Shown one piece after another: positions 1 to 13,265 of a DNA stretch of 64,000 nt. The translations under genes and the position numbers were made by a program. The DNA is from Octopus vulgaris (Eukaryota). The stretch covers positions 132,742,001 through 132,806,000 of the forward strand of contig OX597815.1 of the NCBI GenBank assembly GCA_951406725.2. The letters are read 5' to 3'. The notes under the pieces are model-generated. The model saw nothing but the letters and a program-made list of their open reading frames with translations, made no database searches and was not told the origin of the DNA. Position 1 is the first letter of the stretch. Each line of letters opens with the position of its first letter.

Positions 1-363
1 AGTTGACGACAAAATACAGATATTATAAAATGAGTGAAGAAAATTTGGGAAGCAAGAATACGAAAAAGGTATAGACAAAGAAATCTTAAGGGACTCTCAT
101 ACTGCTGGAATAAGCGTTGCAAATATAATGTGTGTATGCCTTGCAAATTTCGGAAACATCGTTGGCTAATTAAGTAATAATCATTATGTTCTTCACTGTG
201 TGAAGATAATGGCAATAGCAGTTCGAGAAATTCAGAAAACCATCTAAAATTCATGCTGAAAGGCTATGCTTGCCTAGTTTGGTTAATGCCGCAATGGGTA
301 TTCTGTTCTTCATTGGTGTCAAGATAATTGTAATTACATTCCGTTAAAATTAAGAAAACACAC

Positions 364-419
364 CTTAAATGAGTGTTGAGAGGCAATTTTGGCGTGTTGA
401 ACACTGAGTGGTGGTGATA
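364..419 (-). CDS. Candidate 56-bp internal exon of a minus-strand gene (YHHHSVFNTPKLPLNTHL in phase 0)
   Basis: Minus strand reads ctttttcttgtttcAG|TATCAC...TTTAAG|GTgtgt: strong polypyrimidine acceptor and a GT donor. The phase-0 frame is open, compatible with the ATG|GT exon at 7062-7064. No homology recognised. Confidence 0.35.
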
Positions 420-883
420 CTGAAACAAGAAAAAGTGTAAATACAGACATAATTACTATCACTCATTCAGTAAAGGTGGAGGCTCGGATGATTTCGTTGT
501 CGAAAGAAGTGAAGGATTGCTTGTGGATTATTAAGAATGATTCTAATACGGAACGCATGGAACGCATCGTATTGCGATAAACATAAATCATTTCAGAACA
601 ATCCTATAATATAAATGCCAACAGTTCTCGTCAATCCTTGAAAACCCATTACCTAAAAGCGGGCACACCTAGCAAACACAGATGATCAAATATTGGATTG
701 AAATCTGAAATTTCACCTACACCTTCTCAAAATAAAAAGTTAAATATCCTATTAATGTCTAAATAGGACCAACATGTATATCACTATTCAGTTTAATTTC
801 AAGATTTCTTGCCAATAGAGAAAGGACAGGTTTCTAACCTAGATCCAAGGATACTTCATTGTAATTTCAACACGGTATTTTTG

Positions 884-966
884 TATGTAAGTACGTATGT
901 ATGTATGTATGTATGTATGTATGTATGTATGTATGTATGTATGTATGTATGTATGTATGTATGTAT
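884..966. repeat. (TATG)n microsatellite
   Basis: Direct inspection. Confidence 0.95.
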
Positions 967-1532
967 ATTTGCACATTCGTATGTTTTGTTTTATATATGT
1001 ATTTTCATGCATATAGTTGCATATCTAGACGTGCTCATATATACTTACACGATAAACTTCTGGAAAGTTATACGAATTTTGTCGGTTCCAGCGATGGATT
1101 GGATTTGTAGTTTTCGAATCAGATTTCTCCTTTCTGATTTTGAGAAGGCAAATTTCTCAAGATTGGTATTTAGGCATTGTGTTGCGTATCCCAGTGTCCC
1201 AATAATTACAGGTATAAACCTAAACTTGTAATCTGGATAGAGTAATTGCAGATTCCTCAATAGTTCACAAAGTCTGCATCGCCTGTCACATTACTGCATC
1301 TCCTGCATCTCTATCCCTTTTGTGCATCAGGTATTTGGTTGATATTTCCTGTTTCTGGATTGCAAACACATACCCTTCAAAGTGGAAATTAGTAATCTGC
1401 TTGTTGATTCATGATAGACTGCTTTCATGATCACTATTACTGCTATCTAGGAGCTGTCTACTTACATATCCATGCATGGTCTTCTGCTGATATACACTCA
1501 TACTTTCACATACTGATATGTTACGGCAGAGT
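967..1532 (-). mobile_element. Internally deleted 3' fragment of an RLE-type (R4/Dong-like) non-LTR retrotransposon, flanked by (TATG)n on both sides
   Basis: Minus-strand translations give EGYVFAIQKQEISTKYL (post-RT motif) and LRNLQLLYPDYKFRFIPVIIGTLG...KLQIQSIAGTDKI (RLE C-terminus). Stops are present and the CCHC/PD region is missing. Confidence 0.7.
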
Positions 1533-1534
1533 TG

Positions 1535-1630
1535 TGTATGTATGCATGTCTGTCTGTCTGTCTGTATGTATGTATGTATGTATGTATGTATGTATGTATG
1601 TATGCATGCATGTATGCATGTAATGTATGT
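1535..1630. repeat. (TATG)n/(TCTG)n microsatellite
   Basis: Direct inspection. Confidence 0.9.
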
Positions 1631-2183
1631 CAGGTCACTTTCTAGTGCTACTGGTAACATGTAACCCAGTACAACCTGTTGCATGGTCGGGTCTTCGGCG
1701 ACTAAACCGGCAACCCCACCAAGCTTGCTTGGTGAGGAGGGTGTTTATTGGACACCCTGCGGGATGAAAAACAAAACCCGTCAAAGGGCGGAGGAACTCT
1801 TGAGAGTCAACGGCCATCCAATAAATGTCTTAAAGCTGTATCATGCGCGGGGACATAGAAATAATTGGACTGAATACCCGATCGCGTGGTTAAACCATTG
1901 GGAGTGAAGGACTCCTAGCCTCTGTTAGGGCATCCTTCTAGGAGAAGGTAACTCAGGTAACTGGGATAACTGATATAAAACCTGCGGATCAGTGGTTACC
2001 GATGATGTTGACTTGTTCTTCTTTTTGGATTATGGCTGCTGTTGCTTAGTGAGTGAGATTGACTCAGTGCACAGTCTTCCCTCACTTTAAAAAAAATCTT
2101 CTTGCACAGGCATTGCACGATAACAACATTGATTAAGCTTCGTACAATGGCCATACTCGATAACGAGGGGGCAGCCACCATGT
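1631..2183 (+). repeat. GC-richer non-coding interspersed repeat, possibly a non-autonomous derivative of an RTE-like LINE
   Basis: Sharp GC rise between TATG-like ends, with short hairpins (ggagt..actcc, ccttct..agaagg). The gggcatccttctaggagaaggtaactc segment resembles RTE 5' UTRs (from memory, unverified). Confidence 0.4.
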
Positions 2184-2202
2184 AATGTATATTTGTATGA
2201 AT

Positions 2203-2510
2203 TTTTTCTTTTACTTGTTTCACTCATTTGACTGCGACCATGCTGGGGTGCAGCGTTGAAGAGTTTTTGTCGAATAAATCGAACCCGAGGATTATTTTTT
2301 TAAAGCCTAGTATTTTTATCGGTCTCTATAGTCGAACCGCTACGTTGCGGGGACGTAAGCACATCAACACTTGTTGTCAAACGGTGGTGGGGTGACGAAT
2401 ACAGTATACATATACATATATATATATATATAGGACCGACTTTTCTGCTACGTTATAGAACTGAACCCAGAACCATGTAGTTGAGAAGCAATCTTCTTAT
2501 TACATCACTA
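2203..2510 (-). mobile_element. tRNA-derived SINE, family A, degenerate
   Basis: Reverse complement matches the family A copy at 16076-16542. Confidence 0.75.
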
Positions 2511-3284
2511 ATAATGTAAACATTATCAGTCGCAACATATATAATGTATGTATTTTATTTATTCACCCCTTTGCTGCTGCATAGTGTCCGGGGAAATCTC
2601 CCTACACGATACTGAGTGTTAAAAAGCACCGAATGTCCGAGACCAAGCGAGAAAACTCGCTTCGAATAACACTGAATTGTAGCACAAGTGAAAGAAAGTT
2701 TGATTATTAACCAAAACCACACTGTTTCTACGACCAATAACGTCTATATTACTAGAGCCGGAGCTGGTTGCGCGTTTGTGAACGTATATAAAATTAGTGT
2801 TACTGTAACCTACAAATTCATTAATTCAGAATGAAAGAGAGTAAAAGAGAATGACTAAATTGTTCTCAAGTAATGACATTATTTCCTTTCTATTAGATTT
2901 GCTAAGAACAAGTTACGTTCGGCAAGTTGTAATAACTATGATAGATGATACATTCAATTTAAGAGGGGAATGTATTTCGCCGAATTTACATAATGTTTAG
3001 CATTAGTGAACTAGAGTTTTTGAGAAGAAGAATTAAAAGTGGAATCGCTTTTGCGCAACAGTAAATAATGAATTGTAGGTACACATTCATTGTTTCTGAA
3101 AATTATTTTATGGCTGTTTAGTTAAAACAAAACAAAAAAAATCTGCCTTGTTATTTACGTTTCGTATAAATCACCTCAGATTATACTGTTTGGACGCCTT
3201 GACCCGGACTGTCTCGAATAGATGTGTGTGTCTGTAAAATAGCAACAGTTTACCGTTGTGTGCAGCTGACAGCCTATTAATGAC

Positions 3285-3620
3285 AGTTTCAAATTTTGGT
3301 AAAACGCCGGTAATTTTAGGAGCGGAAAGTCGATTACATTGATGCCGGTGCTAAGCCAGTAGCTTAGCGCTAAGCTGGTAGCTTAGCACCGATACCAGAG
3401 GAATAAAAAACAACGTCGAACTTGGCAGCACTTTAACCCAAAGCAATGCCGCTAAGCATTTTTGTCCGGCACGATAACGATTTTGCTAGCTCACCATTTT
3501 TGGTAAGAGGCAAATGACGGTTCCTAATGTAGGCAGAAGGCCACCAATTTTACGAGAATGGAATTAATCGATACCGCCGACCCCCACCCCTAGTACTTAA
3601 ACAGTATTTTATTTTCTCAA
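3285..3620 (-). mobile_element. Degenerate SINE family B copies
   Basis: Partial similarity to 44230-44602 (gtcgaacttggc..., gctaagcattt...ccggcacg). Confidence 0.5.
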
Positions 3621-6600
3621 TCGCCGAGGAATTGTAGTGTCTATTATTTTTCTGTTTATTTTTCATTCAGGATGAAGACAGAGTCCATAATCTTTTACAA
3701 AGGCTACGAAACTGGTAGAAGCGAGTTGATGGAAGAAGCTCTTTCTAACTAGTGACCACAATACATTCAACTGTGTTAACTCTTATAAATACACCGAATG
3801 ACCGGGATTGTGGTGTCAAAGAAGGTATCAAATTAACTGTATATGACGTGTTAAGTAGGCAATGGTGAAATTTGAACACAGACTACAAAAAAAAAACGGT
3901 AAAAGCAATACCTAAATAGCATGTGGTTCGCTGCTCTAGATTTCGAATTTCTTCCGACGTAGTTTAGTACATTATTCATCGACCCTGGAATGATGAATTT
4001 GACTACTGTGAGATTCGAACGCAGATCGCCAGAAGCCAGAATATATGCCACAAAATATTTCATGAGATGCTATAACGACTTGTGCATTTTATTGCACTTC
4101 ATTTAATTTCTTCCATCAGAAACTCCTTTTTTGACCGATATATTTTGGATTAGATGGATGAAAACGCAGTTCTCATGTGTTGCTCCCACAACACAAAGTT
4201 ATGATGATACATTTTACTTCTGTGATACTACAAGCCAGTAGGAAGCAAATTTAATGATTTACAGAATACCTGATTCAGTTTTACTCAAGTGAATGATTAT
4301 ATACCTATATAATGGATCAATATTTGGTGCAAATAAATGCAATAGAGTGTTAGAAGCAACGAATCGATTTTATGCTTCCCTTCGGATTAGATATATTTAC
4401 ATAGTGAATACATTGAGCCCTAATCTCGTTTATACATTCTGTTAAATTCAAGAGCCACAGCTGTCCTACTCGTTATGGTAAGATCAGTCATCACTCAGGT
4501 GATCCTTTAGAAATCAAGGTTAGTGAGCTTTATCCAGATATGATATAGAAACAAATATTATAAGTATAAAGAGATATAAAGAAATAGAAAACAGTATCAG
4601 TAGAAACATCTATAACATTGTAGTTAACATCATCGATATAGACGGATACGTATCCGCTTCTAACAGGCATAAGATCTGTAATTGACTCTGGGGGAAAACA
4701 ATAGTTGATTGTATCGATTCTGCTACTGGTACTTAATTGAACACAAATAGATTAAAGAGCAAATGTAACCTCTGCAGGATTTGAACTCAAAACATTAAAA
4801 AAAATCTAGCTATATATTTCCCCTTAATCTCTATTGATTTTGTCAACCCACCACTCTCAGAATAAAAAATATTGAAATAATATGTATTATTGCAATTAAC
4901 CATTAAGCATATTATTATCAATATACACAAGTAAATCACAGTTCAATTCCTCCTTCCAAAATAAGCTTGGAAAAAGATGAATTTCACCAATCGGTTTTGC
5001 TCTGAATACACTGAAAATTTTGAAGTGATACCTCAACGAACAAATCTATTTTAAGACTAACCATCATTATAAACATCAGCAACACCAACCTTATCAACTT
5101 CAGGATTACCAACCATTAATTTTCTGCTATGTTACTTTGTATTTATTAGTAAAGAAGTGTAATTTGTAAAAAAAAGACAATAATTTGACTACCAACTGAC
5201 GTTATACGATTTGCTAGATTTTAGTCATCTCATATACAAGACTATTGCTTTTCATCCTAGTTAAATTAAGTCACTGAAGGGTGGTATTTTCATCCTCTAT
5301 ATATTTCTAACACGTATTACTCGAAAAAAATGAAACAGCTGCCACCGGAAATTGAACCTGAGTAACACATCCGGTTTAGTGCCATCTGCATTACATTCCA
5401 CGGCAGGTATTGCTATTGCATTTATTAGACTGCCAGTATTTTATTGCATTTTCCGTAATTACTCCTCTCCTATTGAGAATACCATAAATAACCAACTTGC
5501 GAATGATGTTGTTTTCTACGCTACCACGTATGTACATTATTTTTCTTTTGCTAGTGGATACAATCAATAGTTAGTATATTATCCTCACATATTACTGAAA
5601 ATAACATCTACGTAGTTTATATACATTCTAGTAAGTTAATAGAAACAAATAAAAAATATATTTAATGTGTGATATAAAAATCATAAATTGATATTCTCTG
5701 AAGAAATACATAACTAAGATGTTTTACAGCCTTCAAGTTATCTGCAGGTAGAAATTAGCTATAGACAGTAACAGCAAAGAAAAAAACAGGAATAATTCTT
5801 GCTAAAGAATATCCTGTATACTTTACTATGATACAATATTTGATAGTATTGGTGTAAAGTATATAGATTTTTTAAGTGCTTACCAACATGAAACTTGCGT
5901 AGTTCCTATTTTTCTCAAATGTATGTTATACTCAGATCAATATATCAGAAATTTTTGTTTTTAAAATTCTTCACATCCTGAAAAAGAGATAAGATATGAG
6001 AATGCCCAAACGATAGATGGTAAAATAGGAAAACTGATCGAAACTATCTGCGAGTTAGCTTAGAAAGAATCAGATAACGTGTGAAAACTAAAAAGGAAAT
6101 GCAGACAGAACTTGGAAAAAAAAAGAGAGAAACAAATAAACAAAGGGTCGAAAGAAGAAAAAGAAGAGAGGAAGAAAAAAGAGAAAGGAGAAAAGAGATA
6201 GAGAGACAGAAGGAGTGATGTGTTTAAGGTATGTGAGATGTGAAGATTTAAAAGAGCAATGATCTTCAAAAATAGGCTCACTATAGATAATATAATGCAG
6301 ACTAAGATAAACAATATCCTGAACTCAGGCATTTACAATGACACACAAAAATACATAAGCAGTCAGTCTACGTGACGTCGGTGGATTATTATGGAATAAA
6401 GCGAACAACTACTGGCTTTAGCTATATCATCAAGAATTACCCTTAGGTATTATGTAGATAAACTGAAATAGTAATGGTGTCTCAGCTTAACACATCACGA
6501 AACAACATTGTAGGAAGGGAGAAACCAGGTTTGAATTAAGCTCACTACATACCTAGTATACACATTTGTAGATTCACAATTTACTGATCAACTTTCAGTA

Positions 6601-7061
6601 GAAATATGGAAATATAAAACATCTTGGTTACTAGAGGAATTTGAACACTTAATGAATTGGAGGTTTGTAAGAACTGTGTCCGAAATAGAATTGTTTGTGT
6701 AAATCTACCTTTCCAAATATTCCTGAACATATATTAAAATATGTTGGCACTATTTAAAATATAATCAAAAATAACAACTCTGATAATATTTATATATTCA
6801 ATTATAAAATTGAGATGAAGAATTTATTGCAGAATTATTACCGAATAAACTTAAATATATGTATATTTGAAAAGACATGGTAGTGGCGTTGTGATTCGCC
6901 ACCGTTGATAAATATGCAGATAGATGAACATTACAAGTAGCTGCATAAATCACAGGTTTCCAATAGAAAATATGCAGTTTCAAGCACACAAGAGGATAAT
7001 AATTTCACAATGAAGAAAGTATACAAAAATTCAGAGTAAAAGACAGCAGCTCACCGCTTAC

Positions 7062-7200
7062 CATGCTGTTTCGCTGTTGGTAATGTTCAAGACTTTGCTG
7101 TTGTAGTTTCAGTTGCATAACTTCAGGTCAGTGTTGGTCGCGGTGACCCGTGCAACACAAGTATTTTTTCAAAGTTACAGGTGCAACTCATAGCCACTTG
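7062..7200 (-). other. Candidate first exon (5' UTR plus ATG only) of a minus-strand gene
   Basis: Minus strand ...ccaacagcgaaacagcATG|GTAAGCggtgag: start codon followed directly by a consensus donor in unique sequence. TATAAG lies at 7224-7229 on the minus strand. The 5' boundary is a guess. Confidence 0.45.
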
Positions 7201-7447
7201 ATCCAGATATGTCGTAACTGAGTCTTATATTGATGAATTGTAAAGGTTTGGACACATAAAAGATTTGGACACATCCTACTGTCTCTTTAGTCTATTTCTG
7301 TATGTTATTGAACTCGTTGTTGCTGTTCTTTTTCTGGATCTTAGTTCAACTATGATCGAGCTTAACATATCTATTGGCAAAGGCAATACGCCTGTCATTG
7401 TGTCGTCTGTTTGTTCATACGTAGCGTTTCTGGAAGTACGCTAACTA

Positions 7448-8764
7448 CGAGGAGTGTCTGAAAAGCCTTGAGCCTCAAAAAAAAAATAGTACAAGACTTC
7501 TGATGATTTATTTTTCAACATATTCCTCTTCGATGGCTGAACACTTTCTCCAGCGTTGCTGAAGTGCCATTATCCCGGCGTAGCGGAACTCTTTTGTCTG
7601 AGACTCTAAGAAACTTCCTACAGTGCCTATGACGTCATTGTCAGTGGCAAAATGGCAACCAGCCAGGGCTTTTTTTCGTTTTGTAGAATATATGAAAGTC
7701 AGAGGGGGCTAAGTCTGGTGAATAAGGCAGATGGCGAACAAGTTCGTATCCACAATCACCAATTGTTGCCATGGCATCCACTGAGGTGTGGCCTGGAGCT
7801 TTGTCGTGATGAAAAAGGACACCTCTAGTGAGCATTCCGGGCTTTCTTTCCTTGATGGCTTCCTGGAGGCATTACAGTAGCTAAGAATAATACAGCCCTG
7901 CCCACGGTGTGACCCTTTTCAAGGTAATCGATCAGCAAGACACCTTGATAATCCCAAATCACTGACGCCATGACCTTGCCAGCTGAAGTAATGACCTAGC
8001 CTTCTTTGGGGTAGGAGAAGATGTGTGTGCTTCCACTACTTTGATTGTTCTCTGGTTTAAGGCTGGTAATGATGAACCCATCTTTCGTCCATAGTAATGA
8101 AACGAGCAAGAAAATTCTCTTCAAATAGTAATTAAATGAGCAAGAAATTCTCTTCAAACAGTTCCAGTTTGCTCGTGGACAAAGTGCACCTGGTACGTTT
8201 CTGTTCAGTAGTCAAAAGGCGAGGGACGCACCTTGCTGAAACCTTTGAGAACCCAAGTTCTTTTGTCACAATGTTGTCTGCTCATTCATTTGAGATGCCC
8301 AGTCTCTCAGCTCTCTGGCGACATGATATTCGATGATCTTGCATTATCATACCAAGAGCAAGATCAATGTTGTCCTTGGTGGTTGCAGTTAGAGGCCTCC
8401 CTGGTGTGGGATTAACTTCCACACTCTCCCTGCCACGCTGGAATTCATTTGCCCAGCTTTTGAATGTTGCATATGTAGGAGCATTGTCTGCTAAGGTTCT
8501 CACCATATCTTCATGGATTTCTGATGGAGTCACGCCTTTCAAATGAAGGTACTTTATGACAGCACGATACTCAGCTTTCTCCATTTTCCTTGTAACATCG
8601 ACACTTGTTTATTCAAAAATCTGTAACAAAAAAAAAATTAAAATATCAGAATCATGAAAATGAGCAAGAATACTCCGAAAAGACTGTACTTACCTGAAAA
8701 AAATGTTTCAGTTACCTAGCAGCCCCGTTCCTAGTTAGTCTCAAAACTTTTCCTACACCCCTCG
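7448..8764 (-). mobile_element. Full-length mariner DNA transposon (1317 bp) with a decayed transposase
   Basis: Imperfect TIRs (CGAGGAGTGTCTGAAAAGCCTTGAGCCT vs reverse complement CGAGGGGTGTAGGAAAAGTTTTGAGACT). TA TSDs at 7446-7447 and 8765-8766. Confidence 0.93.
7510..8584 (-). pseudogene. Mariner transposase pseudogene
   Basis: N-terminal HTH region MEKAEYRAVIKYLHLKG...WANEFQRGRESV...PGRP; catalytic motifs HHDKAPGH (HDNA-like) and HLPYSPDLAPSDF. Several stops and frameshifts, plus a short internal duplication at ~8104-8160. Confidence 0.9.
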
Positions 8765-9537
8765 TATTATGTCTTTTCTAGTTTTACATTAATACGATAT
8801 AATTTGAGCAATATTTAGTTGCTAACAGTAGCAGAGCGAGTGAAACAATAGCAGTTCCTTTGTTGGCTTGTAGGGCCGTAGATACTGATCGATGTGAAAA
8901 TGAATAGGGAGACGCTGCACTTTTTGCAGAGCGCTAGAGTAGTAGTTCCTTTGGATTTATCTCTAGTAATAGATATTACCTGTGATATATCTATGAAATA
9001 ATCACAACGCTGTGTTATATCATAATGTGAAAATGCCCGAAACATCTATCGTATGAGACGTCATAAAAGAAACATAAAAGCAGCGCATATTCAGGAAGAA
9101 AGTGTTTTTGATGCGTTAAAGCATCTAATATAGGTCAAACGTTGCATATGGGACCAAGATGGATTTCTGGAGACGATGCTTTTGCAAAAAAGTGCATCTT
9201 ATGTGCCACGGTAAATATATATTGATACAGCTCGGTAGCCTAATCATTGTAATATTACATTAGCATTTTAAAATATACGAGAATTTAATTGCTCCTGTGC
9301 TGCGTTGAATTCCGCTGGTGGGAAAAACTACCTATGAAAAACAGAATTGGAATCATGTTTATTAGAAAAATGAATATTTTCTGAATTACTTGCGATAACA
9401 GATTCACAAGGGAAAGGTAAAGATATGGAATGGCATTGGCTGACGTGGAAGTAATTTTAGCAGATAGAAAAGGTATTAGAAAATTTATTCATGGAATTAG
9501 TTGCTTGGTTAAATCCTCGTGTTACAAAATCATGATA

Positions 9538-10435
<898 letters not shown>

Positions 10436-10437
10436 AG

Positions 10438-10439
10438 TA

Positions 10440-10494
<55 letters not shown>

Positions 10495-10528
10495 CATCAT
10501 CATTATTATTATTATTATTGTTATTATT
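10438..10528. repeat. (TAT)n microsatellite
   Basis: Direct inspection. Confidence 0.95.
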
Positions 10529-11031
10529 GAGTGATAGAGCAGTACATGCCATCAAAGTGACACTGGGGTAAAATATACGAAGCCAGTATACCCGTCTGAT
10601 TAGGGTATACTAGGCACATGCATCACAACCATATGTGCGCGACATAGTGATCTCATATCAAGATAAACAGCACATGACCTTGAAGGTGGGGCCCAGTTAG
10701 AATTTTCTTCTAGTCGAGTAACCCATCCCCCTCAAAAGGTCCCTGAATAAGGGTTGTTTAAGGATGTTGAACGAAACACCCATGTTTCCAGAGTTGAATT
10801 ATCAAAACCCCAAAGAATCCCTCTGAACACATAGCTATGATGCTCCCTCACTACTTCTGCTCGTCATGAGAGATGTATATATCGTCAGCCACTAAGGGAA
10901 TGCACAACTGGTTAAACAACTGACAAACACATTTGTGGAATTGAGCAGAATATTTGCTGTAGCCCATCTTTTATACCAAGACAAAACAATGTACATGATA
11001 ACACTTCCAATCAGTTAAGATCAGAAGCCAT
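10529..11031. repeat. ~500-bp non-coding interspersed repeat bounded by TAT repeats; partial second copy at ~55200-55362
   Basis: 10800-10955 aligns by eye with 55200-55362 (cccaaagaat..ctatgatgctccc..gtcagccac.aaggga..caactgacaa). Confidence 0.65.
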
Positions 11032-11053
11032 ATTATTGTAGTTGTTATTATTA

Positions 11054-11455
11054 AAGCGGTGAGCTGGCAGAAACGTTAGCACGCCGGGCGAAATGCTTAG
11101 CAGTATTTCGTCTGCCGTTACGTTGTGTGTTCAAATTCCGCCGAGGTCGACACTGCCTTTCATCTTTTCGGGGATCGATAAATTAAGTACCAGTTACGCA
11201 CTGGGGTCGATCTAATCGACTTAATACCTATGTCTGTCCTTGTTTGTCTCCTCTATGTTTAGCCCCTCGTGGATAATAAAGTAATAGGTATTTCACCCGT
11301 CGCTATGTTTTGAGTTCAAATTCCGCCGAGGTCAGCTTTATGCTTCATCCTTTCGGAATCTATTAGATAAGTACTATTTACGCATTGGGATCGATGTAAT
11401 CGACTTAGCCCATCACAACAAATTACAGGCCTTGTGACAATAGTAGAAAGGATTA
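11054..11455 (+). mobile_element. SINE family B, dimeric
   Basis: Head gcggtgagctggcagaaacgttagc, B-box gttcaaattcc, and core gcctttcatc.tttcggg.tcgataaattaagtaccag (Meta-domain-like, from memory) present twice. Confidence 0.8.
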
Positions 11456-11559
11456 TCACTATTTTGATGAAAACTCTCAACTTATTTTGCTGGGTAGGGA
11501 GGGGCAAGTGTCAGCTATCCAACAGACTAAAATGAGACATGTTTACTGATCATGCATCA

Positions 11560-11925
11560 AAAACCCCGCGAACTCTTGCAGTTCGTTCCAAGCAATGATG
11601 ATTTTTGTAGGTGTTCTTACTTTACGTTTGCACCAATATTTTTGAGCCATGTTGGTAATTAAGGAAAGATACTGTCAAGCGTGCCAATGATTTTTAATAT
11701 CACTTCCATTCTCTTCATTGCCCGCAATCTGCGTATTTCCCACTTCAAATTGTCATAGTTGTTCAAATTCTTTCCTTTCTCTTTGATGCTATTGTCACTG
11801 GGACATGATATGTCGATTACCATGCAAGTTTTTTTTTTCTTTTTGTTCACAACAACATCATGCTTTTGATGCTTGATTTGATGGCCACACTGAACCATTA
11901 CATCCTACAGCATTTTAGAATCACA
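11560..11925 (-). mobile_element. Degenerate RLE LINE 3' fragment (R4/Dong-like)
   Basis: KHDVVV..KKTCMVIDISCPSD..KE..NYDNLKWEIRRL..VI..IIGTL parallels the RLE domain at 9732-10060. Confidence 0.7.
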
Positions 11926-11940
11926 TTTTCATAGGTGTAT

Positions 11941-12242
11941 AGGTGCAGGCGTGGTTGTGTAGCAAGAAGCTTACTTTACTTCCCAATCACCTCAAGGTTC
12001 CAGGTTCAGTCCCACTCGGTAAGTGTTTTATACCATAGCCTGGGACCGAGTAAAACCTTGTGAATACATTTGGTAGACGGAAACTGAAAGAAGTCCGTTG
12101 TATGTGTGTGTGTATGTGTGTGTGCGTGTGTGTGTGTGTCTGTGTGTGTGTCTGTGTGTGTCTGTGTCTGTGTGTGTCTGTGTGTCTGTGTGTGTTTCTG
12201 TGTATGTGCATACAGACATATGTGTGTGTGTATTTGTATATA

Positions 12243-12273
<31 letters not shown>

Positions 12274-12645
12274 ATGTATGTATGTATGTATGTATGTATG
12301 TATGTATGTATGTATGTATGTATGTATGTATGTATGTATGTATGTATGTATGTATGTATGTATGTATGTATGTATGTATGTATGTATGTATGTATGTATG
12401 TATGTATGTATGTATGTATGTGCACCATTTTGTTTGTGTTTATTGCGCACCCCATCACCTGATGACCAGTGTTGACTTGTTTAGGTCCTGTAACTTAACA
12501 GCTTCACATAAGAGCCTGGTAGATTGATAGAGATTGATAGAGTCAGTACCAGATATAAAAATAAGTAGTGAAGTTGTTTCCTTCTTCTAAAACCGTGCTC
12601 CAGCATGTTTTCAATCCGGTTACTAAAACAAGTAATAGATAAAAG
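11941..12645 (+). mobile_element. SINE family A with a greatly expanded internal (TG)n/(TATG)n tract
   Basis: Family A head (ggtgcaggcgtggttgtg...ggaaactgaaagaag) and tail (gtgctccagcatg...aaacaagtaa) surround the microsatellite at 12100-12422. Confidence 0.75.
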
Positions 12646-13054
12646 ATGACAGATATCGACTTGGCTGAACGAACCAAGCTGATACTACTGCACATTATCT
12701 TTGAAGTCAAACATCTCTCATGAATAGGTCATATGATACGATAAAAAGATTAAGGTGATAATGAGATTAAGGGAATAGGTTGGGGGTTGCTGTTTGTGCA
12801 TGATGGAGTTCGTAATAATACATGGCCAGAACAATAACGGGCATCATAATAATCAATATCTCATTAATGTCGACTAACAGGGGAGTGGTAAATAATATAT
12901 AATAGAACACATCGAGACAACTGGTGATTCTGAAATTCTGATCCAGGATGATGATAATGTAGGTTAATATATCAGTTTTTGTGGTGTGCACGCGCAACTG
13001 CATGTGTGTGTGTCTCGGTGGGTTCGTGCGTTTGTGCGTGAGTATGTGTATATG

Positions 13055-13085
13055 TATACACACACACACACACACACACACATAC

Positions 13086-13144
<59 letters not shown>

Positions 13145-13184
13145 CACAGAGGAAAACACACACACAAATACACATCACATATAT

Positions 13185-13231
<47 letters not shown>

Positions 13232-13265
13232 CTAGAGACAAGTGGATGCATAGATAGATAGATCT
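13055..13265. repeat. Compound (CA)n(TA)n(GA)n microsatellite
   Basis: Direct inspection. Confidence 0.95.
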
